A stretch of 64,000 nucleotides of DNA from Candidatus Xenobia bacterium (GTDB lineage Bacteria; Vulcanimicrobiota; Xenobia; Xenobiales; QWHO01), in contig BTUM01000003.1 of NCBI GenBank assembly GCA_045863235.1, positions 96,001 through 160,000 of the forward strand. Direction: 5' to 3'. This document shows positions 36,195 through 47,735 of this stretch, one piece after another. A model generated the notes under the pieces. The model was given only the letters and a program-made list of their open reading frames with translations, did not search any database and had not been told where the DNA came from. The position numbers were made by a program, and so were the translations under genes. Within the stretch, counting starts at the first letter, position 1; the number at the start of each line of letters is the position of its first letter.

Positions 36195-37964
36195 ATGGTG
36201 GTGCACTCCTCGACCTGTGCCCTCTTCGTCCGGCCCACCCGGGCGACGGCGCCGCCTGAGCGCGATCCTGTGAGTGAAGCCCTGGCTGAGGTGGATGCCT
36301 CGGCGCGCAACGAGAAGCTCCTCAAACTGTGCTCTGAAGCCCGCACCAACCCTGATCTCTCGGCATGCCTGGGACGCCGTCAAGCCGAGCTGTGGAGCCT
36401 TCCCCTCAGCAGCGACTACGCTTGCATCGACCTGGTGGAACGTCTGGCCCCGCACTGTCCTCCTCCCGAGAGCCTGGACTGGCTCTTCCAGAAATATGGT
36501 CAACGGTTAGCGGTGGAGGGCCCGAGTATCGGAGCAGCCCGCCGCTCCCTGGAGCAAATCCTGACCAATCGCCCCGACTTCGTGGACGAAGCCGCTGCCC
36601 GGCTCCTCGAGCCCTCGCCGGAAACAGGCTTCACGCCCGCCCAGCTGGTCTGTCTGAAGGACCTGGTCAGCGATCGCGGCTGGCGACCGGACGTCGAGCA
36701 GAAGGGCAGGCTACTGGAGCGCCTGGACACCGTCGACCTTCTGGGCAGAGAAGGCCAGGATCTTCTCAAGGTGCTGGTGGAGCTGAAAAAGGCTTGCCCT
36801 GAAGAGGTCCCGCCCGGTCTGGGTCGCGAGCTGCTCGAGAGGCTTCTGGCTGAGCCCGAACCGCCTCTTTACACCGTGGCAGGCGGCCCAAATGTGGGCT
36901 TCCTGTCTCAGCCCATCTACCAGATGGCCTTCCCGGACGAGAAGCTGGAGGGCGAGTTGCTGTCGCAGGTGGGTCAGGGAAGCCAGAATGCTCTGCTCGT
37001 GCTGGCGGGCTCGATGACTCTGACCGGAGGAGCCGCACGACTGGGCCGCCAGCTCGAGGCCGAGTTCGGACGAGCCCACGAGCCCGCCTGGATGGACCAG
37101 GTCTTGCTGCACGTGTTGGACCATTGGCTCGAGCAGCCCTGTGCTACCGCAGACGACGCTCTCGAGCCCCACCTGGCGCTGGGCAGGCGCTATGAGGCGC
37201 TGGCTGCCCGCGAGGAGCCCCTCTCGCCCCGCTGCAAACCCGCCCCGGTGAGCGTGGCGCCCGAGTGGCTGGCCGGGATGTCCGACTCGATGGACACGGT
37301 GGAGTCGCAGGCCCGGCTGGTGGTCGCCTTCCGGGCCGCCGGGCAAGATCCGGCACTGGCCGGAGCGCTGCTCGGCGAGCTGACCGAGTGGCTCAACCAG
37401 AATCGGTCTCCTGCCTGGACGGAAGCAGCCGCGGCCTTCCGCGGCCTCAAGGACCTCCAGGTGCGAGAGCAACTGCGCCAGGCGACCGACCTGCGCGAGC
37501 TGCTGACCGCCTTCAGCCCGGACGCCACCTGGATGAATGCGGCCCAGGAGCGCTACCCGGCCGAATTGGCCCATCTCAAGCCCCTGCTCAAGGGATTGTC
37601 CCAAGAAGAGCAAGTTGCTCTCGCCCACTCTCTGGCCCACCGCAAGGAGCTGGAAGGCGACCTCGGATGCCTGGCCAGCCTGGCCAATCTGCCAGCCTCC
37701 GAGCGCCCGGAGGCCATCGCGCAGGTCCTGCGCGCACCCGCCTTCTTCACGCGGCTCGACCAGATCGCTCCTCTGCGCGTCAGCTTGCCGGCCCACCAGG
37801 AGCTGTGCCGCCGGATCGAAAGCGGGATGGAGCCCGAGGTCGCCTATCAGCAGGTGGCCGCTCCCCTGCTGCTGGACTGCGTGGCAGGCGACTGCTGCAA
37901 GGCGGTGGGAACGGTGGACGGCTACCTGGTGGTCGGGGGCTCGCGGCTGCGCAACCGCTGCTGA
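36195..37964 (+). CDS. Large orphan helical protein with C-terminal VGG tag
   Basis: Leu/Glu/Ala-rich ORF ending VGTVDGYLVVGGSRLRNRC. Confidence 0.8.
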   Translation: MVVHSSTCALFVRPTRATAPPERDPVSEALAEVDASARNEKLLKLCSEARTNPDLSACLGRRQAELWSLPLSSDYACIDLVERLAPHCPPPESLDWLFQKYGQRLAVEGPSIGAARRSLEQILTNRPDFVDEAAARLLEPSPETGFTPAQLVCLKDLVSDRGWRPDVEQKGRLLERLDTVDLLGREGQDLLKVLVELKKACPEEVPPGLGRELLERLLAEPEPPLYTVAGGPNVGFLSQPIYQMAFPDEKLEGELLSQVGQGSQNALLVLAGSMTLTGGAARLGRQLEAEFGRAHEPAWMDQVLLHVLDHWLEQPCATADDALEPHLALGRRYEALAAREEPLSPRCKPAPVSVAPEWLAGMSDSMDTVESQARLVVAFRAAGQDPALAGALLGELTEWLNQNRSPAWTEAAAAFRGLKDLQVREQLRQATDLRELLTAFSPDATWMNAAQERYPAELAHLKPLLKGLSQEEQVALAHSLAHRKELEGDLGCLASLANLPASERPEAIAQVLRAPAFFTRLDQIAPLRVSLPAHQELCRRIESGMEPEVAYQQVAAPLLLDCVAGDCCKAVGTVDGYLVVGGSRLRNRC

Positions 37965-38106
37965 ACGCTTTTCGACGCCAGACAGGGAACCTGACCCCCC
38001 GAGGGAGTATAATAGGCCCTCACGACGCTCTCAAGTAGGCATCCCCAGCTGAGTCTGGAGTGCCTGCCAGTCGTGGGGGGCACAAAATCTGACTTAGGGA
38101 AGTTGA

Positions 38107-40296
<2,190 letters not shown>

Positions 40297-40317
40297 AGGC
40301 CCAGCCCCACCAGAGGT

Positions 40318-40497
40318 TGGGCGTCGCGCAGCCGGAAAACCCGTGTCAAGGGGGTTCCGGCTGCGCTTTCATCTGGCAGAGTCAGCAAAGCACGCTTCGA
40401 GCGGGCCGGCGAGGTCTTGCTGGGGAAATGCGGGTGGTGAGCGTTTCCTCTCTCCGCGCGCCGTAGCTTGCCGCGCAGAACTTGTTCTGAGCTGCCC
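40318..40497. repeat. Intergenic repeat/hairpin shared with 31586..31760
   Basis: 12-bp stem GCGCAGCCGGAA (40326) / TTCCGGCTGCGC (40355); AGAACTTGTTCTGAGCTGCCC near 40477. Confidence 0.8.
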
Positions 40498-40521
40498 GCC
40501 CGAGGGCATTTTAGCAGCCGA

Positions 40522-42048
40522 TCAGGAGCGACGGCGCGCGTCCAGGAAGTGCCATTCGGAAGACTCACCAAACTGGAGCCGGTCCCCATGGCGCAGGCGC
40601 GTCTCGGACTCGACCACGATCCCGTTGACCAGAGTCAGGCCGCCGCCCAGTTTGCGCACGCAGTAGTTTCCCTCCGAGCGCACCACCAGGCAATGGCGCC
40701 GAGACACGGTCTCGTCGGCAAGCACCAGGTCGCAGTCAGGAGCCCGCCCGACCAGAGTCTGAGAGCGGTCGAGAGAAAACCGCTGGTCCCCGCCCGCGAG
40801 CTCGAGCCAGTAGCGGCTGGCAGCCGGAAGCGGGGTGGGCGCAGGAGGAGTAGCGGCTGAACGCGAGCGGCGTTCGCAAACTTCGAACCGCATCAGGGTC
40901 TGTCCCACCTCCACCAGCTCCCCGCCCTCCAGAGCCAGCTTGCCCACGACGGGCAGTCCGTTGACCAGCACCCCACCGCTCAGCAACAAACGGCCCTCCT
41001 GTCCTTCGAGCCAGAAGCAACGGCAGGGGATCGAGCTGTCATCCAGATCGATGTCGTTGTCGTGAGGTCCCGGTCCCCCTACTGCCAGTGGGCGACCGGC
41101 CGAGAGCAGGGCCGCGAACAAGGGCACGGTCTTGCCCGCCTCGGGCCCCTCCAGGAAGTGCAGAAGGTAGGCGGGGCGAACCTGGGCCGAGCGGGTTCGA
41201 GACTGGTCCAGCCGGCTGGGGCGAAGATCCCGAAGAGCAAGCCGCGGATTGCCCAGGAGCCAGAAGGCCAGATCGGTGCGCCAGGAATCGCGAAACTTTT
41301 CCCGAGAACCGCCCACGGCCTCACCCAGCTCGGCGCCCTCGCGCATCTGGGCCAGGATGTCGCTCACGAAAGCCGCGCAGCACTCCCAGGGCACCTCCCA
41401 CTGGGAAGCGAGGATGGCATCGACGCCGAGATTGGACAGCCCCCGGGTCAATGCTTCCGAGCCGGGCCCGTGCAAGACCACCAGCCGGGGCACGTAGTGT
41501 CTTCCCACCGAGCGAAAGGGCTCAAAGCTGCCCGAGGCCAGGACCACGGCATACTCCTCTGAGGAGAGCACGGAGCGGAACGCGGCGGCCGGGTGCCTGG
41601 AAACCTGAAAGTGGGCGTCCAGGCCGGCCGGAGCCGGGTCGGCGCTATCGGCCACCAGGGCCGCCAGGGCGGCCCCCTCGACTCGCGGCACGACCTCTTC
41701 CCCGGCCCGCCGCACCCTTCGCGCCGTCGAGCGACGGTAAGCCAGGGGAACCCCCGCGATGCGGGCCAGCTCCCAGGGCGTCTCTCCAGCCAGCCAGCAG
41801 TTCACCGGCTCCTTACATAGCACCTGAGTGAGATTGGCGGGAAAGCAGTTCCCCAGCGAGTCGCCCAGTCGGTCCAGAGCCTCGGAGAATCCGCCGGCAG
41901 CCTGCTGAAGGGCGACCAGCGACTCCTTCTGGCTGCGCATCTCGACCGGCAGACGCCGGGCTTCAAAATGGCTCTCCTGGCCGTCGCGAAGGAGGCGCCA
42001 ACGAATCGAATCGGGCAGGGGCTCCTCGAAGAACAGGTCGAGGCTCAT
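40522..42048 (-). CDS. Degenerate CHAT-like domain plus two FHA domains
   Basis: PWEL, ASQWEV and LLGNP CHAT-like motifs; canonical FHA VGRAPDCD...VSRRHC...TLVNG; the first FHA lacks the GR/SRxH residues. Confidence 0.8.
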   Translation of the reverse strand: MSLDLFFEEPLPDSIRWRLLRDGQESHFEARRLPVEMRSQKESLVALQQAAGGFSEALDRLGDSLGNCFPANLTQVLCKEPVNCWLAGETPWELARIAGVPLAYRRSTARRVRRAGEEVVPRVEGAALAALVADSADPAPAGLDAHFQVSRHPAAAFRSVLSSEEYAVVLASGSFEPFRSVGRHYVPRLVVLHGPGSEALTRGLSNLGVDAILASQWEVPWECCAAFVSDILAQMREGAELGEAVGGSREKFRDSWRTDLAFWLLGNPRLALRDLRPSRLDQSRTRSAQVRPAYLLHFLEGPEAGKTVPLFAALLSAGRPLAVGGPGPHDNDIDLDDSSIPCRCFWLEGQEGRLLLSGGVLVNGLPVVGKLALEGGELVEVGQTLMRFEVCERRSRSAATPPAPTPLPAASRYWLELAGGDQRFSLDRSQTLVGRAPDCDLVLADETVSRRHCLVVRSEGNYCVRKLGGGLTLVNGIVVESETRLRHGDRLQFGESSEWHFLDARRRS

Positions 42049-42088
42049 CGCGAGCAACTTTGCTGGAGTCTCCGGGGAACCCTCCAGG

Positions 42089-43825
42089 TCAGCCCTTGCG
42101 CTTGAGGCGCACCGAGCCCACCTGCACTCCCCGGGGGGTCAGCTCCACGCGCTGGGCCGGGTCACTCCTGCCGGGCACCAGGTAGTCGAAGGTGGCCCGC
42201 TGGCGGGCCTGATCGGCCGGCACGCCCTGCTCGATCAGACGCTCCACTTCGGTGCAGGCGCGCAGGATGGCCTCATGTTCGGCCTCCCCGCCCAGGCGGG
42301 CGCTGAACTCGCGGAACTGGTCGCCGCCATAATAGGCGGCGTATCGCCTGGCAGGGTCGGCGGAGTAGTGCGCGGCCCAATTGTCATCGGGCAAGCGCTG
42401 GCTCCACAGCTCGTGCGCATCAGGCACCTGACAGGCCAGCAGGCGCTCCACCAGCGGTCGGGCCTGCTCGACAGGCGTGCCAGCGAGCTGCTCTTTCAGC
42501 TGGGCTATCTCCTGGCGGCGAGCCTCGGAGGTGAGAGCCTGGACGGGCCCGCTCAAGGCGTGCGCCAGGTAAGGCTGGAGGGCCTGCGTGACGCCGGTCG
42601 AGCCCAGCATGTGAGCAAGCCAGAGAGCCTCCTGGGCCGAGCGAGGCAGGTCGGAGAGGTCGGCCTTGCTGGTCCGGGCCGCCTGGACGAACTCCTCGAG
42701 CAGCTCGCTCGCCTGCTGAGCCTTCTCCTCGGGGGTGAGCTGGGGGCCCAGACGCTCGAGCACGGGACGGGTCTGGAACTCCAGGCTACTGGGGATGACC
42801 CGGTGCACCACGCTGCGCAGATACTCTCGGGCCGCCTGGATCTTCCCGGTCACGTCTGGAGCGTCGCCCATGCGGCGCATCTGGGCGTTCTGGTGCTCGC
42901 TGCGGAACGTGTCCACCAGGCTGTCCAGGGCGGCGTTGTCGTGGCGCCTCTCCAGCTCTTGCATGGCGATGGGGCGAATCAGCTCGCGGTGGCGGCTCAC
43001 CGAGCCCAGCGCCACCAGGGCCCGCTGGTCGGCCGGCGAGAGTTTCTGGATGTCGCCCTGGTAGTTGCTCTGGAGCCTTTCAGCCAGACTTTGCGAGAAC
43101 TCCTGATCGAGCAGGGCGGCATAAGCCTGGCTGGTCACCCCCACGGCCATCACGTCCCCGGCGTACAGTCGGCGCAACTCGGGCTCGAGCAGAAGGCGGT
43201 CGAACAGGTTCTGGCGCAGGCCGTCCAGCCCGTTGGGGATCCGCCCCAGCGCCTCCAGGCCCTGCCAGAACTCGGGCCCCGGCTTGCCGGGCTGAAGCAG
43301 CCGGGCGGCCAGCCAGGGACGATGTCGGGGGGCGGCGGTCTGGCTGAGCACGCGCCAGTCCTCCAGGCTCTGATTGTGGTTCCGCGACAGGATGCAATCG
43401 GCCACGCGCTCGCCCCACTCGGGATGCTGCTCGAGCTGCTCGAGCACCACCCGGGCGCCGCCCTCGTTGGGAAGCACCTCCAGGACCAGCAACTCGGGGC
43501 TGACCGTTTCGGGAAAGCGCTCCAGCAGGGAGCGGTAGAACTCCGCCTGGCCCTCGCGCGCTCCGTGACGGCTGGTGGTGCTCAACAGCGCCTCTTTGTG
43601 AGGGGCGAAGTGCCGGCTCACCTGGGGCCTCTGGCTGGCCAGGATGGCACTCAGCGCCTGAAAGGCCCGGCGGTCACCCGCCTGGTTGGTCAACTCGAAG
43701 GCCACCTGATCGGCCAGGCCCTGGTCAGTCCAGGTCAGCCGGTCAAACGTCTCAGCCGCCTGCTCGCGCTTGAGCGAGCGGCACAGAAACCTGGCCCGAG
43801 GACTGCTGAGCTGCACGGAGTCCAT
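42089..43825 (-). CDS. Large orphan helical protein with C-terminal VGSV tag
   Basis: ORF from ATG 43825 (MDSVQLSS) ending VELTPRGVQVGSVRLKRKG. Confidence 0.8.
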   Translation of the reverse strand: MDSVQLSSPRARFLCRSLKREQAAETFDRLTWTDQGLADQVAFELTNQAGDRRAFQALSAILASQRPQVSRHFAPHKEALLSTTSRHGAREGQAEFYRSLLERFPETVSPELLVLEVLPNEGGARVVLEQLEQHPEWGERVADCILSRNHNQSLEDWRVLSQTAAPRHRPWLAARLLQPGKPGPEFWQGLEALGRIPNGLDGLRQNLFDRLLLEPELRRLYAGDVMAVGVTSQAYAALLDQEFSQSLAERLQSNYQGDIQKLSPADQRALVALGSVSRHRELIRPIAMQELERRHDNAALDSLVDTFRSEHQNAQMRRMGDAPDVTGKIQAAREYLRSVVHRVIPSSLEFQTRPVLERLGPQLTPEEKAQQASELLEEFVQAARTSKADLSDLPRSAQEALWLAHMLGSTGVTQALQPYLAHALSGPVQALTSEARRQEIAQLKEQLAGTPVEQARPLVERLLACQVPDAHELWSQRLPDDNWAAHYSADPARRYAAYYGGDQFREFSARLGGEAEHEAILRACTEVERLIEQGVPADQARQRATFDYLVPGRSDPAQRVELTPRGVQVGSVRLKRKG

Positions 43826-43869
43826 AGCTTCCCGCAGCGTACTCGGACGCGATGAAAGGGGGTTGAAAG
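43826..43869 (-). promoter_or_regulatory. Tandem-heptamer promoter
   Basis: Minus strand: CTTTCAA-cccc-CTTTCAT-N10-TACGCT-N10-ATG. Confidence 0.7.
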
Positions 43870-43975
43870 GCTCTCCGGGACACGTCGGGTGCACCTGGGC
43901 ACACCGAGCACCAGTTCTGCCCACGCGGGATGCAGGGATTGCCGGCACAAGGGCACCTCACTCGGGCCCCAGACG

Positions 43976-46531
43976 TCAGCGAGCCACCGGAACGAGCAGC
44001 TCCGCCCGACCGCTCTCCGGTCCGAAGCGAAGCTCGAGCCCGTCGCTGGCGGGCCCGGCCGCGACGTCCCCGGCGGTCGCCGAGCCGGCCGCCCCGCCCA
44101 CCAACCGCAGGCGGTAGCGCTGACCCGGACGGCCCTCCACCACCAACCGCAGACCGGTGGGGCCAGAAACGCTGCGCAGCACGCGCAACCCCTGGCTGGC
44201 GGCTCCGAGCGCGGGGGGAGGATGCTGCACGACCACCTCGGCACCGCCGCGCACGCCGATGCGCACCTCGCCCCGAGCCGGGGCGGCGCTCACTTCCACC
44301 AGCACCCGCTGGCCGTCCCCGAACGGCCTCCCCGCAGGCTCGGTGACCGCATCGCGCGGCGCCACCACGCCCAGCGTCAGGTCCAGCCTGGGGGCGGTGT
44401 GCTGCCAGGCGATCACGCGAGCCTCGCCTTCCCGCCGGTAGCTCAACTGCAGCGTCCCTCCGGCCACCGGAACGCGAGCCACGCTGAAAGCCTCCCAGTC
44501 GGCCGGAGGCTGGGGCACAAAGCGCGCGTGGCTGCCCGCACGATCCACCTCCAGCCCCAGCAGTCCGCGAACCACCGGGCTGGCGACCATGGCCTGAGAC
44601 CAGACCTGGTGGTGAGAAGAGCGTCCAAAGGGAGCCAGAAAGTCTCCCGAGATCAGCTCGGTCACGTAGCCCAGCGCCCCGCTGGTGGACAGGTGCACGT
44701 TGGCCTGCAGAGCCTGCCAGCCCACGTGGGGGCGTCCGTAGCGGTAGGCGGCCATACTGACCCAGCCGGTAAAGAGCGGCCAGACCGACCCGTAGTGGTA
44801 GCTGAGCGGGTCGTAGAGCTTGCTCTGGTTGCTCAGAATGCGATGGCCCCAGTCGGTGGCCATGGCGCGGCTGCCCAGATGGTCGAGCGTGCTCTGGGCC
44901 CGCCCGTCTTCCAGCAGTCCCCACCAGAGGGGCACGGCGCTCAGCACGGTATCCTCCCCTACCGGCCCCCCACTGGCCAGCTCATTCAGGCGGGCCTGAC
45001 GGCGAGCCAGGTAAGGCCCTGGCTCGGCCTTGCGAGCCGCGTGGGGACGGTCGATCGAGAAGGCGTAGTAGCCCTGAGAAGGCAACCAGTAGCGCGCCTC
45101 CACCGCCTTGCGGGTGGTCTCGGCGCGGGAGCGAGCCTCGGCGGCCAGCTGCCTGTCGCCCCGGGCCTCGGCCAGCTCGGCCAGGCTGCGGCAGGCCTCC
45201 ATCCAGCAGCCCTGCAGGTAGAGCTCGGCGTCGGGGGGATAGAGCGCGCCCCCCTCGACCCAGGCGTGTCCCACGCCGGTGTTCTCGACCAGACCGTCGC
45301 CGTCTTTGTCGGTGGCGGCGGTGAAGCGCCAGGCCTTGAGGGCTGCCTCCCAGCTCTTGTCCAGGAACGCCCGGTCGCCCGAGGCCCGATAGTAGTCGGC
45401 CAGGGCGATGACGTAGAGCGGGGTGGCGTCGGAGGAGGCCCAGCCGAAGGGATAGGCGTTCCACCAGTCCACCAGCGAAGCGCTCTGGGAGATCTCGTGG
45501 GGCACCTTGCCGTCGGCTCGCTGGAACTTGCGCAGAAACTCGAGAGCGGTGCGGGTGGTGGCGAAGTCGCCGTAGGCGGTGCTGGCCAGCACCGTCCAGA
45601 GGGCGTCGCGCCCGAAGAACCAGGCGTAGCCGGGACGCTCGGAGTCGCCCGAGGTGCGAAAGCCGGCTACCAGACCGGTGCCCAGCAGGGGATTGGCCAC
45701 CAGCCCCTTGTCGATACCCACCTTGGACCACTGGTAGGCCTGGTCGAGCTCGCGGTCAGGAGTATCCACCTGCACCGTATCCTGCAAGAGCCGGCGGTAG
45801 TGAGCCACGTTGGCATTGTAGTCGGCGGTGAGCCCCTGCAGCAGGCGGTCGTTGGCAGCCCTCGCCTCCTTGAGGCCCTTCACGCTGCCGGTGATGACGA
45901 TGGGGAGCGGACCCGCGCCCACGGGCAGATCCACCAGAAAGCGGGCCGGCTGATCGCGCGGCTCTTCCTGGTAGGGCATCAGGGTGACGTCGCGCGAGCC
46001 GGGACAGGCGATCACGGCCGCAAAGCGCCCGGACTCCTCGGTCAAGCTGTAGCGCCCGTCGGCAAAAGAGAGGTTGCCGGTCTGGATGCCGGCCGGCCAC
46101 ATCAGCTTGAGGCGGGGACGAAACTCGCCGGTCACGGTCATGGGCAGGAGCGTGTCCACTTCCAAAAGCATGGCCACGCCCGGCTCGTTGCGCGCGGCAA
46201 ACAGGATGTGGCGGGCGGTGAAGGCGCTGTGGGAATAGGTGAGGATGGTGGCCTCGGGGCGCACGGTGATCTGTTTGACCAGCTCGGTGGAGGGGACCGG
46301 GCTGGGATAGCCCTCGAGCGAGAAGTGGAGCTGGAAGTCCTCCAGCACTTTCATGGGATAGACCCAGGCCTCCAGCTTGCGCCCCTCGTAGCCGAACAGG
46401 GCGGCCCGGGGACCGCACACGTCCATGAAGGTGCCGACGTGGATGGGGCGCGAGAGCTCCAGGCCGCTCTCCTCCAGCGGCGCCGCGCTGGCCTGCGAAA
46501 GCAGCAAGAGCGCCAGGACCAGCCGTCTCAT
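43976..46531 (-). CDS. Secreted (alpha/alpha)6 glycoside hydrolase (amylo-alpha-1,6-glucosidase/GDE-like)
   Basis: Signal peptide; PGYAWFFGRDA, GKVPHE, DATPLY and YHYGSVWP motifs. Confidence 0.85.
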   Translation of the reverse strand: MRRLVLALLLLSQASAAPLEESGLELSRPIHVGTFMDVCGPRAALFGYEGRKLEAWVYPMKVLEDFQLHFSLEGYPSPVPSTELVKQITVRPEATILTYSHSAFTARHILFAARNEPGVAMLLEVDTLLPMTVTGEFRPRLKLMWPAGIQTGNLSFADGRYSLTEESGRFAAVIACPGSRDVTLMPYQEEPRDQPARFLVDLPVGAGPLPIVITGSVKGLKEARAANDRLLQGLTADYNANVAHYRRLLQDTVQVDTPDRELDQAYQWSKVGIDKGLVANPLLGTGLVAGFRTSGDSERPGYAWFFGRDALWTVLASTAYGDFATTRTALEFLRKFQRADGKVPHEISQSASLVDWWNAYPFGWASSDATPLYVIALADYYRASGDRAFLDKSWEAALKAWRFTAATDKDGDGLVENTGVGHAWVEGGALYPPDAELYLQGCWMEACRSLAELAEARGDRQLAAEARSRAETTRKAVEARYWLPSQGYYAFSIDRPHAARKAEPGPYLARRQARLNELASGGPVGEDTVLSAVPLWWGLLEDGRAQSTLDHLGSRAMATDWGHRILSNQSKLYDPLSYHYGSVWPLFTGWVSMAAYRYGRPHVGWQALQANVHLSTSGALGYVTELISGDFLAPFGRSSHHQVWSQAMVASPVVRGLLGLEVDRAGSHARFVPQPPADWEAFSVARVPVAGGTLQLSYRREGEARVIAWQHTAPRLDLTLGVVAPRDAVTEPAGRPFGDGQRVLVEVSAAPARGEVRIGVRGGAEVVVQHPPPALGAASQGLRVLRSVSGPTGLRLVVEGRPGQRYRLRLVGGAAGSATAGDVAAGPASDGLELRFGPESGRAELLVPVAR

Positions 46532-46890
46532 GCCTTCTGATAGAGGGCTGCCACGGCTCCAGCCGGGTCGCGCACGACGGCAAAGCGATCCTGACCGGCC
46601 GCTCCCCGCACTCCCCCGATCAGCTCGCCCCCCCGTCGACGGGCGGCCTCCAGGCTCTGGTCCAGGTCGCTGACCACAAAGTAGGGAATCCACATCGGCG
46701 GAAGCTCGGCGTTGCTCCCCCGCGCGTGGCAGATTCCCGCCACACCCTGCCCCTGAGGATCTTGCATGACGTAGTCGTCGTAGTCGCCCATGCTCAGCCC
46801 TTCGGCCTTCCACCCCACAACCTCAGCGTAGAAGTCGCGCAGGGTGGTGGCGTCCTCCACGGTGATATCCAGCCATCCGATGGTGCTCAT
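46528..46890 (-). CDS. VOC/glyoxalase family protein
   Basis: IGWLDITV..A..LRDFY, WIPYFVVSDLD and FAVVRDPAGA motifs. Confidence 0.92.
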   Translation of the reverse strand: MSTIGWLDITVEDATTLRDFYAEVVGWKAEGLSMGDYDDYVMQDPQGQGVAGICHARGSNAELPPMWIPYFVVSDLDQSLEAARRRGGELIGGVRGAAGQDRFAVVRDPAGAVAALYQKA

Positions 46891-46960
46891 GGAGGGGCCT
46901 TCGGGTCGTCGCGGCCAGCTCTCCTTCTCAGATGGAGGCGCAAACGAAGCGGCCAGACCA

Positions 46961-47404
46961 TTACGGCCACAGTGGAATGCTGTGCCTTTCCGGCTCGGTC
47001 TTGGCCGTGAATGGCTTTCGATCCAGAGTGCCTTTGATCACGTAGCGAGTCTGAATGACCGTGATGGTGCCCATGTAGGTATAGGTCCAGAAGCACTCGC
47101 GCGATTTCCCCTTATCAAGAGAGGCAGGGAGATCGGTCACCTGAAGAGCCATCGGCACCATGGAGCCATCGATGTCTTGCAGCTTGATGGGCTGGCCATT
47201 TCCGTCCAGGAACTCGACCGTCACCTGCAAGCCGCTCAACTTGCCCGAGCCCAGGTTGTTCAGGGTAAAATGGCCGTCGAGAGAGCGGTTTTCCCGACCG
47301 CGCACAACGGACGTATCGGTCACTTTCACCGGGCTGTCCTGGGCCGGCAGGGGGCTGCCAACCATCCCGAGCAGGGTAATGAAGAAAAGCCACCACGATT
47401 TCAT
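46961..47404 (-). CDS. Secreted beta-sandwich protein (FxLYD-like)
   Basis: Signal peptide; G..TLNNLG...L..V.VEFLDGNG pattern; AAGAGG SD. Confidence 0.65.
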   Translation of the reverse strand: MKSWWLFFITLLGMVGSPLPAQDSPVKVTDTSVVRGRENRSLDGHFTLNNLGSGKLSGLQVTVEFLDGNGQPIKLQDIDGSMVPMALQVTDLPASLDKGKSRECFWTYTYMGTITVIQTRYVIKGTLDRKPFTAKTEPERHSIPLWP

Positions 47405-47694
47405 TTGGGCCTCCGCCTCTTACAGTCCCTCGCATTGGTTGTGCGATGAATTCTCAACAGGTTGAACTTCGTCGCATCGCCCGTGCCACAACACTTTGGA
47501 AGCGGTTCGAAACAAGTTTCTCACCGCACGTTACGTGGCACGGTCAATGCGACGAAGTTTAAGCGCATCTGGGGCATTCCCTGTTCTTCCTGGCCTGCTG
47601 GCTCTCCTCGGCCAAGAAGCGCGGGCAAGCCTTCAAGCCCCCCTCCCTCGTGGTTGGTCAGCTCTCCGGGCTCAGGACTTCCCATCCCGCCGAC

Positions 47695-47735
47695 CTTTCA
47701 GGTTTCTTTTCAGCCACTTACGGCATACTCCAGGC
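47695..47735 (+). promoter_or_regulatory. Tandem-heptamer promoter, leaderless
   Basis: CTTTCAG-gtttc-TTTTCAG-N10-CATACT-N6-GTG. Confidence 0.7.

Noticed and set aside
47496..47735. N-terminal extension of the 866-aa ORF from TTG 47496
   Set aside because: The region contains the shared promoter, which points to GTG 47736 as the start.
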